From positions 187,116,001 to 187,180,000 of the forward strand of contig OX597815.1 in NCBI GenBank assembly GCA_951406725.2: 64,000 nucleotides of DNA. The letters run 5' to 3'. Both the position numbers and the translations under genes were made by a program. Below, piece by piece: positions 51,039 to 64,000 of this stretch. The notes beneath the pieces were generated by a model. It was given only the letters and a program-made list of their open reading frames with translations, did no database searches and was not told where the DNA came from. This DNA is from Octopus vulgaris (taxonomy: Eukaryota). Position 1 is the stretch's first letter; each line of letters opens with the position of its first letter.

Positions 51039-51717
51039 TTAACCTTTTCGTTACTGTATTTATTTTGAGATGTTCTGTGTTTCTTTAACCCTTTCGTTAC
51101 TAACTCGGCTGAAACCAGCTCTGGCTGTGAGTACAAATGTCTTGTTTTCATAAGTTTGGAATTAAAATCTTTCACCAAACCTTAGTCACAATTTATGTTT
51201 CTAACACTAGCTTAATGGTAATAAAGATATCTTACTAAATTCTTTGTTATATTTAAAATAATTGAAAGAAACACAGAGCATCTCAAAATAAATACAGTAA
51301 CAAAAGGGTTAAATTGATTTTGAATATAACAAAGAATCTAGTAAAATAACTTAGTTATCATTAAGCTAGTGTTAGGAACACAAATTGTGACTAAGGTTTG
51401 GTGGAAGATTTTAATTTGATACTTCTGAAAACAAGACATTTGTACTACAGAGCCAGAGGCGGTTTCAGCCGGGTTGGTATCAAAAGGGTTAACCCTTCAG
51501 TGTTCAAATTACTGCCAAATATAATGCTTATTTATTCAAATCATTTTGAATTAATTATGCATCATCACAGAGCTTCCAGATTTCAATGATGTGACAGTTT
51601 AATTTTACAATGATATTGTAGAGGTAAATGTAGACAGCTGGATTTGGCAGGTTTAAACATGAAACAGATAGAATATTTGGACCTTGATGTTGCTGGTTTA
51701 AATGTTAAAAGGGTTAA
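51039..51717. mobile_element. Nested piggyBac-type MITEs: inverted copy (51085-51312) inside a forward copy (51039-51492), abutting a second TTAA-MITE family (51489-51717)
   Basis: TTAA at 51039, 51085, 51309, 51489 and 51714, each next to CC(C/T)TT or AAGGG termini. Confidence 0.82.
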
Positions 51718-52640
51718 GCTTATTTCTTTCAAATCATAATCTACACTAATTCCATAATTCTTTTATGATTAAGGAACTAATTTCTTCTGCTTTTTGAATA
51801 CTTTAGTTTCATTCTTTGATCTACTCTTTCCAACTGATTGATCACAGACTCAACAATACCCAGGTGTTAATAAAATGATAGCATGTGGTAGTAAGCCGAT
51901 TGGCCATGGCTACTTTGTAGAAGAACTTGATAAGATCAAACCAGCAATCACTCAAGCTGCTAGACATAGCAGCCAAATCTCCATCAAATCATACGTGTAA
52001 TCTTAAGAAAAGCTTCATTGGATAAGGTGGTCCGGGATTCCAGGTACACATGGAAAAGACGGGAGGGCAATGAAGAGTACCTTGATTATAAATCTGCTCA
52101 ATCTGAGTTGATTTGTAGCTAAATAACTACAACAGCTTGATGAGGTGACCATTAGAGTCATCATCATCATCATTTAACGTCCATTTTCCATGCTAGCATG
52201 GGTTGGACAGTTCGACTGGGGCCTGGGAAGCTAGGAGGCTGCACCAGGCTCCAGTCTGATCTGGCAGTGTTTCTACAGCTGGATGCCCTTCCTAATGCCA
52301 CATTCGGATGGTACTTTTTACGTGCGAAGATGATAAAAAAAAAAGAGCCTTGTCCATAATTAATAATTGCATAAGGAAAGACCATGAGCAGGATATCACT
52401 ACACAACAGTGACAATAAGTGGATTAACATTATGTCTAATAAAATCAATGAAAGTATTTACAATCAGCTCATTAGTTAAAATGAATTTAATCAATATTCC
52501 ATGATCCAACAGATCATTTGATTTCTGTTCTTTTGTTGTATTATTCCAACCTTGATCCATTCCAGATCACATCCTCTTAGCTCCAGATAAACAAATCCGA
52601 TCACGACAGCATTTATTGGCAATATTTAGATCATCTAAAT

Positions 52641-52910
52641 CAGTGGTTCCCAACCAGGGTACATATGACTCTTTAGGGTCCACATGACCCTTTGGGAATC
52701 CATATAAGATTTTGCTGTTAAAACTTATCTGCAAAAAATTGGTTATGACTTCTACAATACACAAAATATCTTAACGGGTTTTTCATACGATTCCTAATAA
52801 TTAGAAAAAACAATTCAATGCATTTAAACACCAAATGGCTATAGGGATCCAGTAGGGAGTTATATGGGAATCAAAGGAGTCCGTAAGCAAAAAATGAGTG
52901 AAAACCACTG
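52641..52910. mobile_element. hAT (Charlie-like) MITE with 8-bp TSD; related decayed copies at ~35905-36100 and ~43107-43320
   Basis: TIR CAGTGGTT...AACCACTG. TSD ATCTAAAT at 52633-52640 and 52911-52918. Confidence 0.85.
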
Positions 52911-55903
52911 ATCTAAATAATAGAACTACAATATATTTATAATTAATTGGTTGTACACTGTAAGCTTCAATTGTTTCAAATTGATCAGAAATATACCAGC
53001 TCTTAAATATGAACAATATCACTAATAATACCAGTTCATTTTCTATAGATCAAAGCCAGTTATTGTTAGGAAGACTAGTCCTTAAATATCTTAGTTCTGT
53101 TCCTCAGATTAATCTAATAAGGTTCTTTTTGAAGTTACTTTTTTATCCAATAGTGCTTGCTATAGATTTTTTTTTTTTTGTTTTTCTTTTGTTTTCATTA
53201 ATGGAGTATGGTGAAAAGATTCAAAGTGAAAGACTGAATCTGTAACAATAAATAGGTAAAGGTCACATGTACTAATATATTCTTACAAGAATATATAATA
53301 AAAGGAAACAATCAGGTTTAAAATAATGTGATTAAAAAAAGAGAAAGAAGATTAAGTTTGTTTATATTATAAATGAAAAAAAAGTAGGTGTTAAGACGGC
53401 TTCAACCTAACTTGTACTACTTATTTTAGTCTTTGGTATCTTTTTTTTGTTAACAGCAAACACTTAGTACTTCATTTATCTCTTAAAATCTATAATTAAA
53501 AGAAGCTCAAACTGACAAGATCCCGTTGTTATAAGCAGCACCTAATGTCTTCAAAATTCTTAATTTACTTATAATTAGCTTATATATGCATGTAATATAG
53601 TCGTCTAATTTCTATCATTAACGGAGTCTTACTGCTGTTCGTCATACACCTAAACAAATTTATAGATTCAGAAGTTTCGGTCATTTGACTGCGGCCATGC
53701 TGGAGCACTGTCTTTAGTCGAGCAAATCGACCCCCAGGACTTATTCTTTGGAAGCCTAGTACTTATGCTATCGGTCTCTATTGTCGAACTGCTAATTTAC
53801 AGGGACCAAAACACACCAGCATCGGTTGTCAAGCAATGCTGGGTGGGGGGGGACAAATACAGACACACAAACATATACACACACACATATACATATATAC
53901 GACGGGCTTCTTCCAGTTTCCATCTACCAAATCCACTCACAAGGCTTTGGTCGGCCCGAGGCTATAGTAGAAGACACTTGCCCAAGGTGCCACACAGCCA
54001 CTCCTATGCCTGTTTTTCCTCTCTCTCTCTTTCTCTTTTTTTTTTTCATTCTTTCGTCATAAATTCCACTCTGCAGAATCTACCTCAATTTTAAAATTTT
54101 ACATAGAACAGAAATGGCTTTTTTTTTTCCCAGTCACAGGTCAATTAATTTTAACATTTTATAGCTTATTTAATTACTTTTGGCTTATACAGCTTTTACT
54201 GACATACTCGTTTCAGTCTTTAGATTGTAGCCATGCTGGAGCACAGCCTTGAATTTTTTAGTTGACCGAATCAACTCCGGTACTTTTGTTTTTTTTTTAA
54301 AGCCTGGTACGTATTTTATCACTCATTTATCAAACTGCTAAGTCACAGGAATGGAAACACACAAACATATACATATATATATATATATATGCAATGAACT
54401 TCTTTCAGTTTCTGTCTACCAAATCCACTCACAAGACTTTGGTCAGCCCAAGGCTATAGCAGCAGATACACACCCAAGGTACCATGTAGTGGAACTAAAC
54501 CCTAATGAGCAATTAAATTGAACCTGTAACATTTCTAGGTCACCAAATGAAAACAATTTCTGTTCCAGTTTATATTTTTCGTATTGTTTTGTTCAATATA
54601 ATTCCCTACCCATGAATGCATGGCCTTCCAAAATACACTCTTTTGCTTATTTCAGTCATTTGACTGCGGCCATGCTGGAGCACCACCTTTAATCGAATAA
54701 ATCGATCCCAGGACTTATTCTCTATAACTGTAACTTTCAGTTTCTGTCTACCAAATCCACTCACAAGACTTTGGTCAGCCTGAGGCTATAGAAGACGCTT
54801 GCCCAAGGTGCTATAGAAGACGCTTGCCCAAGGTGCCACACAGTGGGACTGAAACCAGAACCATGTTGTTGGCAAGCAAGCACCTTTTTTATCACAAATT
54901 TATATTTCTCTGAAGAAGAAATTCTGACATTGGTCTCAGCCTGTTGGTGCAGCACCTGTTGTAGTAGCACCCTATCAAAAATGGTTAATGAAATGGTAAA
55001 AAAAAAGCACCCAGTACACACTGAAAAGTGGTTGGCATTAGGAAGGGCATCCAACCATGGAAACCATCCCAAAACAGACAATGGCGCTTGGTGCAGCTCT
55101 CAGCTTATCAGTTCCTGTCAAACCATCCAACCCATGCCAGCATGGAAAGCAGGTGTTAAATGATGATGAAATACCTTGTATCTGATCTGTTTAACAGTGT
55201 TTGTGTTCTTTTAATAAATAGAGTATCAAGATTATCTAAAATTTGCATTAAAAAATGTGAAGATATAAACGAAAATTAAAACTTAACGCCTTAGTATTTA
55301 AACCAGCTATAATATCTGGCTCGAATATTCCACCTGTTTTGTGTTCCAACGACCAGATCCGGCCTCTCACACCTATCCTTCAATTTCATTTCTAAAAACA
55401 TGCATGCACAACATTGAAATGTCAAAGCAGCAACATACTGCAGGATTCAACCAATTTGACCGAATAAGCATCATGACAGTAATTGTAATGCTAAACGGTT
55501 AAAATTCAAATAAGTATTGTGGTTTTTCCCAAGTATATAAAAATAAAATTTGGTAAATTCACACACGCACGCGCACATGCTTGTAATCACTGGCTTTACA
55601 TGCATGAAAAGTGATTTCATATATCAGTCATGATCTGATTAAAAGTTATTTCAATAAACTGCAAATGATTACATTATGTCATTCATTGTACTACATACAG
55701 CTTATTACTTGCCTAAATGCATGCAAAAAAAAAAAAAAGAAGAAAAAAACTAGTCTTTTGCTTTTATAGACATTAGATAATGAAAATAATTCCAATTTTA
55801 TATATGTTCCCCAGCAAAACGGAAATTTAAATAGAAACACTGAAATATTTGATGAGAACTTGAGATTTTTATTTTTGCCTCTCTTAAATAAAACTGGGAA
55901 ATA

Positions 55904-56298
55904 TCTATATATATAAAGCTGAAGTTGTCTGTGTATGGAAGGTTTGGTAGCCTTCAACTAATACTATCACCTCCGAGACCCTGCGGCGCAAGTTGACCAA
56001 AATTGAGAGTATGATAGAAGACGGCTTGCTCTTCCTTCCGTAGAAGAAAAACTTCAAATCGGACCATGTTAACACCAAAAATTATTTACATCAAAAAGGT
56101 GCTTTTTTTCTATGAAAATCCTTTTTTTTTAAATGATTTTTTTTGACTGCTGTGTCACCATTTTTCGGTGTATTTCAACCAGAAAAATGTTCACTTAAAG
56201 AGAATAACAAGCTACATAATGCAAAATTTTTACTTTTCACAAATTCCAATTCTAAAGGGTCGAAACAAAACCCGAGCAACGCTGGGCAATACTGCTAG
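55904..56298 (+). mobile_element. Non-autonomous Helitron-like element
   Basis: Inserted between A and T, 5' TC, 3' CTAG, subterminal hairpin cccgagcaacgctggg. A separate Helitron-like 3' end lies on - at ~41866-41895. Confidence 0.82.
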
Positions 56299-58039
56299 TA
56301 TTTTAATAAACATTAAATTAGTTCTGCCCAATTTGATTCAACTTTTGAATCCCTTACAGCCGTCTACATTATACTATTCAACCATTTAAACAATAACCCC
56401 AACACACATATCTAAATAGTTCAAATAATAATACTTCGAAAAATAAGCTTAAATATGTAAAAGTTACAATTAATATTATTATTCTTCACATGCCCATAAA
56501 AATGAATAACATTGCCACATTCAACCCAATTATCATGTAGCTTAGTGAAATTTAGGGTTTTAATATAAATGGGAAGAATAGATATAGCTTCAGTAAAATA
56601 GCCTTGTCTCGCTAACTGTAAATAGGTAGGAGTACAGAAGGATCAGTCTCCTACAGTAAGCAGTTACAGCAGCAGTGTAAAAATTAAGGAGTGATTTCAG
56701 TGCAGTGTCTTATCAGTGATAAACTGACACCATCTCCTTCCTGGATGGTTTTGTCTCATCTGCATCGTGGTAAGAAAACGAGAAACATACAGGCTTCTTA
56801 CGAGACATAGTAATACCATGCTCTTTACTCTCTCTCTTTTACTCTTTTACTTGTTTCAGTCATTTGACTGCGGCCATGCTGGAGCACCGCCTTTAATTGA
56901 GCAAATCGGCCCCAGGACTTATTCTTTTGTAAGTCTAGTACTTATTTTATCGGTCACCTTTTGCCGAACCGCTAAGTTACGGGGACATTAAACACACCAC
57001 CATCGGTTGTCAAGCGATGTTGGAGGGACAAACACACATACATAGAACAGGCTTCTTTCAGTTTCCGTCTACCAAATCCACTCACAAGGCTTTGGTCAGC
57101 CCTAGGCTATAGTAGAAGACACATGCCCAAGGTGCCATGCGGTGGGAATTAACTCGGAACCATGTGGTTGGTAAGCAAGCTACTTACCACACAGCCACTC
57201 GTGTACCCATGAAAAATTCAGTGTATCAACTAGATTACTATCTCCTAATTAACGAGTTGAAACGAGCTTAGATTCTCTCAATCCTGCAAAGCATTAGGAG
57301 TACTTAAACATTTTGCTGGAAAATCAAATTCAAGGGGCTAATATTTTAGTGTGTGTGTGAGAGAGAGAGAAAGCGTACAGGTCAGTGATTAGGGTATTCG
57401 ATTCACAATTCTTAACAGTGTCCTTGAGCAAGACACTTTACTTCACATTGCTCCAGTCCATTCAGCTGGCAAAAAATTGAGTTGCACCAGTAATTCAAAG
57501 GGCCGGACCATGTCACGTTCTGTGTCATGCCGAATTTCCCTGAGAACTACATTAAGGGTACATGTGTCTGTGGATTGCTCAGCCACTTGCGTGTTAATTT
57601 TACAAGTAGGCTGCCCTGTATCATCAGAGCAACTGGAACCCTCATTGATGTAACTGATGGAATACCAGTTCATGTGTGAATATAAGAAACTGACCAAGAA
57701 CAAGGACCATAGACTTTAAGCTTATAATTTTTAGGGTGCAGAATGGGAATTTGGGGCATTCATATGAACCAGAGATTAAGAAGTCACAGACAAAAAGGTA
57801 ATATAAAAGGAGACCGTTCGTGGCCGTTTGCCAGCTCTGTCTGGCACCTGTGCAGGTGGCACGTAAAAAGCACCCACTACACTCACGGAGTGGTTGGCAT
57901 TAGGAAGGGCATCCAGCCGTAGAAACACTGCCAAATCTGACTGGGCCTGATGAAGCCTTCCGGCTTCACAGACCCCAGTTAAACCGTCCAACCCATGATA
58001 GCATGGAAAACGGACGCTAAATGATGATGATGATGATGA

Positions 58040-58290
58040 AAGGGGCTCTCTACCCCACTTTTGACCAGGCTCCCGTGGTTTTTATGGGTTTTTCCACGAG
58101 TAACCTTTCGAAGCACCTCCCCCTATTGGGAGTTTTTACTTGTTATATTTTCGTTGTTATCTCGCATTTTTACACGGACTTTACAAACGGACAAAACCCT
58201 TTTTGTAACTTTCGTCCTGTATTTTATCCTTACATGTTTTATTTGATTTTTGTTAGCCCTTGTGGCTGATAAACGAATTCATTATTATTA
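58040..58290 (+). mobile_element. Probable LINE 3'-UTR fragment whose terminus resembles the SINE family B tail
   Basis: T-rich UTR-like body ending ttagcccttgtggctgataaacgaattc(att)n. Confidence 0.45.
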
Positions 58291-58663
58291 TTTTTTTTTT
58301 TTTTTTACACTGATGCAAACTGTATAAGTCACATGAGATAAAGGATACTGATATTATTGAAAGCTGTGATAATAATGAGCACTGGTTTCTTTCATTTTAA
58401 AAGCTATTATGAAAATAAAAAATAGTATGGTTTCGTTTTCTTTTTTTTTTTTTTCTTTTTCAATGCATCAACTATGAAAAAAAAAAGATAATTTTATATT
58501 AAACCTCTTTGGGTTCATTTATTTGTTGATCTATTTTATTTTGACTTACAAGTCTTGAATTATCATGATCACTTCTGTTTACTAACACTTGTCACTTCTA
58601 ATAAATGTTAAAATGATTTAATTAGGATTTCAGACAAATAAAGATGAAAACAAAGTAACTCAC

Positions 58664-58880
58664 CATAAAATTTGCGTTCCTTTTTAATTTCATTAAATTT
58701 TATACTATGGTTGGCATCGGGAAGTTCTTTTTGAAGCATTTTCACAGATTCTAAGCCAGAAAGTACATCATCCTCACATACACCAGGAGATCCGAATGTC
58801 CAGTTGACATTATGAACAATAAGTTTGACGAGATCTTGTAACCTCAGCACCAATTTTTCAGACAGAGCAAATACTTCATC
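58664..58880 (-). CDS. ARID5B: ARID5B-like exon (BAH region): DEVFALSEKLVLRLQDLVKLIV...KKERKFY
   Basis: Acceptor tttttAG, donor GTGAGT, 217 nt, phase 0 to 1. Similar to ARID5B DEVIAVSEKVIVKLEDLVKWV. Confidence 0.92.
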
Positions 58881-60188
58881 CTAAAAAGAAAAAGAAATAT
58901 ATTTAAACTAAATTAACCAAATTACATTGGGGGGAGAGTCAATAGTCATCTAAACCAAGAGGGCAACCTGGCTAAATTGTTATTGTGTTGGGTAAAGTGT
59001 TTGGCAGCAATTTATCTGTCCTTACATTTTGAGGTCAGCTTTGCCTTTCATCCTTCTGGGGTAGATAAAATAAAATAAATACCTATTTCTTTATTGCCCA
59101 CAGGACAAACAAGGACAGACAAACGGATTAAGTCGATTATATCGACCCCAGTGCGTAACTGGTACTTATTTAATCGACCCTGAAAGGATGAAAGGCAAAG
59201 TCGACCTCTGCAGAATTTGAACTCAGAACGTAACGGCTCTCAAAATACCTATTTCTTTACTACCCACAAGGGGCTAAACACAGAGAGGACAAACAAGGAC
59301 AGACAAACGGATTAAGTTGATTATATCGACCCCAGTGCATAACTAGTACTTATTTAATTGACACCGAAAGGATGAAAGGCAAAGTCGGCCTCGGCGGAAT
59401 TTGAACTAAGAACGTAACGGTAGACGAAATACCGCTAAGCATTTCGCCCAGCATGTTAAAGTTTCTGCCAGCTCGCCGCCTTGTAGATAAAATAAATACC
59501 AGCTGAGCACTGGGGTTGATGTAATCAATTTACCCTTGTCCCCAAAATTGCTGATCTTATAAAAACATTTAAAATCAATATCTAAATGTTAAGGTTTATT
59601 ATAACAAAAGAACTTCTCTTACAAAAAAATATAAAGCATTGCAATGAAAAAAAAAAACATTTTATCTCACAAATTGGTTGTAATTATTAAGAGAAAAAAT
59701 AATTTGTATTTCACTGACTATACTCTTTTACTTGTTTCAGTCATTTGACTGTGGCCATGCTGGAGCACTGCCATTTTAGTTGAGCAAATCGACCCCAGGA
59801 CTTATTCTTTCGAAGCCTAGTACTTATTCTATCGGTCTCTTTTGCTAAACCGCTAAGTTATGGGATGTAAACACACCAGCATCGGTTTTCAAGAGATGTT
59901 GGGGGTATAAACACAGACACATAAACACACACACACACACACACACATACATATGTATACATATATACAACGGGATTCTTTCAGTTTCCGTCTACCAAAT
60001 CCACTCACAAGGCTTTGGTCGGCCCGAGGCTATAGTATAAGACACTTGCCCAAGGTGCCACGCAGTGGGACTGAACCCGAAACCATGTGGTTCGTAAGCA
60101 AGCTACTTACCACACAGCCACTCCTATGCCTATATTAAGATTTTATTGAATAGTCACATGAAAATAGTTGAATAACTATTTTCAACCA

Positions 60189-60223
<35 letters not shown>

Positions 60224-62214
60224 TCTACATTAATTGAGAGCTCCCATCTCCCCACCTCCTCCTGGTCTGAGATTTGGAATAGAATCATGCTTTTCTTATG
60301 TAATTTAAAGAAGACAATGACCTTTACAAGCTCCTCCTAAATATTTAAAATACTTATTGTAGTCACTCTTCTACTTCTTAGCAAACATTTTCTGGGCTAC
60401 GCTCCAATAATTTACACAACCTTTATAGTATCTAGAGTCAGGTTTCTGCCAAGGTATTTCTTATGAATTATTAACTTCAAACGAAAAGAAAACATTAACT
60501 GCTCTAACCTTCCCAACCTTAGTTATTAAGAGTTCAAATCAAGCTGCAACAATTGTGCCATATCCTTGTATTATTGTATAGGATGGATAAATGAAACTGA
60601 ATTTGAAAATTAAAAATGAAGAAAAAAAATTTATATTTTCCAAGCAAAACAAAGAAAGAAAGCAGAAGGAAATTATTTAAATATGCATGAACTAGTATCT
60701 TGAAATTCAATATTTATAATGGTCTATTATTATTAACGAGCTGTTTCTTATTAATAATTGCAAATAATTTTCTCTATTCATCAACTGCACCAGTTCATGG
60801 TGGTTTCAAATTTTGGCATAAGATCAGTAATTTCAAGGGAGGAGTAAATTAATTACATCCATCCCCAGTACTCAACTGGTACTTATTTTATCAACCCCAA
60901 AAGGCAAGACTGGCCTTGGCAGAATTTGAATTCAGAACATGAAGATTGACAAAATGCCATTCTCTATCAAATGTAATGCTTATTCATATTTCTAATTTTT
61001 TTTTTTTTTTTTGTCCACAAGGGGCTAAACAGAGGGGACAAACAAGGACAGACAAACGGATTAAGTCAATTACATTGACTCCAAGTGTGTAACTGGTACA
61101 TAATTTATCGACCCCGAAAAGATGAAAGCAAAGTCGACCTCGGCGGAATTTGAAATCAGAACATGACGGCAGACGAAATACCACAAAGCATTTCGCCAGC
61201 TTGCCGCCTAATGCTTATTCATATTGTTTTGACTTAATCATGCCTTACACTGTAGCTTCAAGGTTTTATTGATGTGACAGTTAATTTTTGAATGACACTG
61301 TAGGATAGGTTTGAACATAAAACAAGGTATCTGGACTAGATAAGGCCAGTCTGGGTGCTAAAGGGTTAATAGGAAAGGATTCTTTGCATGGTGATGAATA
61401 GTTATTTCTTTATTGCCCACAAGAGGCTAAATATAGAGGGGATAAACAAGGACAGACAAACGGATTAAGTCGATTACATCGACTCCAAGTGCGTAACTGG
61501 TACTTAATTTATCAACCCCGAAAGGATGAAAGGCAAAGTCGACCTTGGTGGAATTTGAACTCGCAACGTAACGGCAGACAAAATACGGCTACGCATTTCG
61601 CCCGGCGTGCTAACGTTTCTGCCAGCTCGCCGCCTTGCTGAATATTATATAATCAGCATCATTGTCTTAACATCCACTCTTGCATGGGTCAGATGGAATT
61701 TACTAAGATAAATGTGCTGCAGCCAGAAGCCCTTACTATCGCCAACTATCACCTGTTTCCAAGCAAAATTCATATTTCCACTTGGTTGGACATGGTTTCA
61801 TGGAAGACTGGAAACAAACAACCTTGCTTGTATGATGAGAACACTTGTTTTACAACTATTGCATGATGTCAAGATTAGGAAGGCACAAAAACATGCACTT
61901 TTAATGTTTTCTTTTTTGTTGGTTTTGTTATACTTAATTTACTGTTTTTGATTTTCAGACACAAAGAGCAAAAATATCAAATGTTCCATTATTCTGTTGT
62001 GTCTGGAGAGAGTCATTTTCTTTTTGTGCCTTATAATTTAACACATTCACTGGTACAAATTTCCACTTATTTCTTATTTTTATTTTCCTGAAATTTTCAT
62101 TGCGTTTTGCAACCTTTTCAAAAGTCTTGACTGTCCGTTATTTACACTGCATTCCTTTTTGTTTGTTTGTGCACGTGTGTGTGTGCCTATGCATACAAGC
62201 AAGCATGTACGTAG

Positions 62215-62271
<57 letters not shown>

Positions 62272-64000
62272 AACTCAAAGAATCTTGCAAACCAAATCCC
62301 AAAATGAAATACTCTATTATTGTTATAAGTAAATTTATGCTTTGATATTCATTTTTTTGGTTTTATTTAATTAATAATGAGCAGGCCTTGGATGATAGAT
62401 TGACCAAAGGCTTGAGTGGATTTGGTAGACAGAAACTGAAAGGTATATACACACACACGTGTCTGTGTTTTGATGTTGCATGACAGCTGTAAAATGAGCC
62501 TCATGAGCATATAAATCTTCCATAAAAACATGTCTGACCAAGGAGAAGTATTACTTTCTTGCAAACAGGTTAGGGATGGTAACAAGAAGGGCATCTAGTC
62601 TGAGAAAGTCTACCTTAAATTCTCTCTGACCCATGCAAGCACAGAAAGGGGATAACAAAATGACAATGAGGATGATGAAAATAAATTTAGCAGTTCAAAA
62701 GTTTTACATCCATTATGTCATCATTAACTCATTTTAAACAAGACCACATTACACTTTCAACAGTTGATACACAAACCGTCCCCTTTTCCTTGTTACCTTA
62801 TTTATAGAGCACTACCATTTGATAGATTCATTAAGCAACCTACACCATTGAATTACTCATGCATTGTCTTACAGCTTTGAGGTTTCAATGATGTGATTGC
62901 TTATTTTTAGAATGTCATTGTAGGTTAGGTGTGAGAGGTTAGATATGGCTAGTTCAAATATAAAACAAGTAGAATATCTGGGCCAGATGTGGCCGGTTTA
63001 AACACTAAAGGGTTAAGCAACCTACACCATTTTTTATAAAGAGAATATGTCCACAATCTGACTGTTACTGAAAATATTTGATACTAAATAATTACAGCAC
63101 CATCATTCCTTTAAGTGAGCAATTACAGCAGTATTTTCAAACAATTAGAACATCTCTTGTGCCAACTCATTCTGTACCAGCATTTTGCAGTATCTCATGT
63201 AATTACTTCTTATAGTTAAAAATGCAAAAACTGCATATTAATTGCAATTTGGGCTTCGAGTACCAGATGATAAAAATATGACCCACTAAATCCCAGCGAA
63301 GAGGAAGAAAGAACTCGTTTTACTTAGATAAGAGTTAATATCCTTTTCTACTCTAGGCACAAGGCCCGGAATTTTGGGGAGGGTGCCAGTTGATTAGATC
63401 GACCCCCAGATAAAGAGTTTATATTACAATAGGCAAAACAAATTGTCCAAAAGACAGAAAAACTCCATAGAGAATGCACACACAGAAGAGAGACTGATAT
63501 GCAAGGACACAACAGGATGAATGCCACGTTTGCATGTTTTAACATGCAAACGTGGCATTCATTGGTTGTCTTATTCCTAACAAATGACCAATGAACTTAA
63601 AATATTGTCTTCTGAAAGTTTTAGATAGTTACATTGCGTATCAGGTTATCAGTGTACAGGAATTAGCAAGGAGAATATTCGAAATAATACCCTAGTTATT
63701 AACAGCAGGATCAAACCATCAATTTATGCTTCAAGAGAAAAATATTAAGAAAAATGATAATTGTGAAAATGAATAAAAATATAGTTGAAAAAATAAAAGG
63801 AATTTTTAAAAACATTGATATAATGTCTCATGATTTTGTTTTCAATAACAACATTTTCTCTTAAAAATTGAAAGAAAATCTCCACTTAGAAATATAAAAT
63901 TACCAGTCAAAAATAAACTCATCAGTTAACCATTTAACATTTAAATTGGCCATATCCGGACCAAATGTTCTTTCTGTTTTATGTTGAAACTAGCTAGATC

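Larger units (their letters stand above)
25701..58880 (-). other. ARID5B: ARID5B-like gene (BAH-like N-terminus + ARID DNA-binding domain + long disordered C-terminus), 9 coding exons in window, 5' part missing
   Basis: Exons 58880-58664, 50794-50564, 48054-47921, 46124-45980, 41796-41744, 38195-38098, 35072-34922, 33064-31601 and 26159-25701 all have AG/GT ends and compatible phases. They sum to 2952 nt (984 codons including stop). The peptides match vertebrate ARID5B as recalled (DEVIAVSEK, YCRYR, APNLKGRPRKKK, TPIERIP, GGNPGSTSAATCTRRHYER). Confidence 0.93.

Noticed and set aside
58881-64000. Search for upstream ARID5 exons (start of the BAH region)
   Set aside because: No convincing match seen by eye. 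60240-60480 has only a KYLG-like LINE trace, so the 5' exons probably lie beyond the window.

Overview
AT-rich, microsatellite- and retroposon-dense eukaryotic DNA. The repeat families look like those of Octopus or another coleoid cephalopod (inference). Two convergent protein-coding genes are partly present. The first is the last coding exon of a PEBP/RKIP-family gene on + (2775-3001). The second is nine frame-consistent GT-AG exons of an ARID5B-like BAH+ARID transcription factor on - (58880 down to stop at 25701; 2952 nt, 983 aa; the N-terminal exons were not found and probably lie beyond the window). Downstream of the ARID5 stop is an ~8 kb almost transposon-free block with repeated miR-124, miR-92 and Pumilio sites on the sense strand, probably a very long 3'UTR. 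The rest is tRNA-derived SINEs, RTE and CR1 LINE 3' fragments, TTAA-specific piggyBac-type MITEs, a hAT MITE, Helitron-like elements and a 26-bp minisatellite. The most interesting signals are several minimal type-I hammerhead-ribozyme folds of the Penelope type, one of them inside a TSD-flanked tRNA-headed SINE. Also notable are related fold-back elements in TA microsatellites, 80-160 bp target-site duplications and a recurrent piggyBac MITE dimer. Almost all of the supplied ORF track is spurious. Repeat boundaries were read by eye and are approximate.
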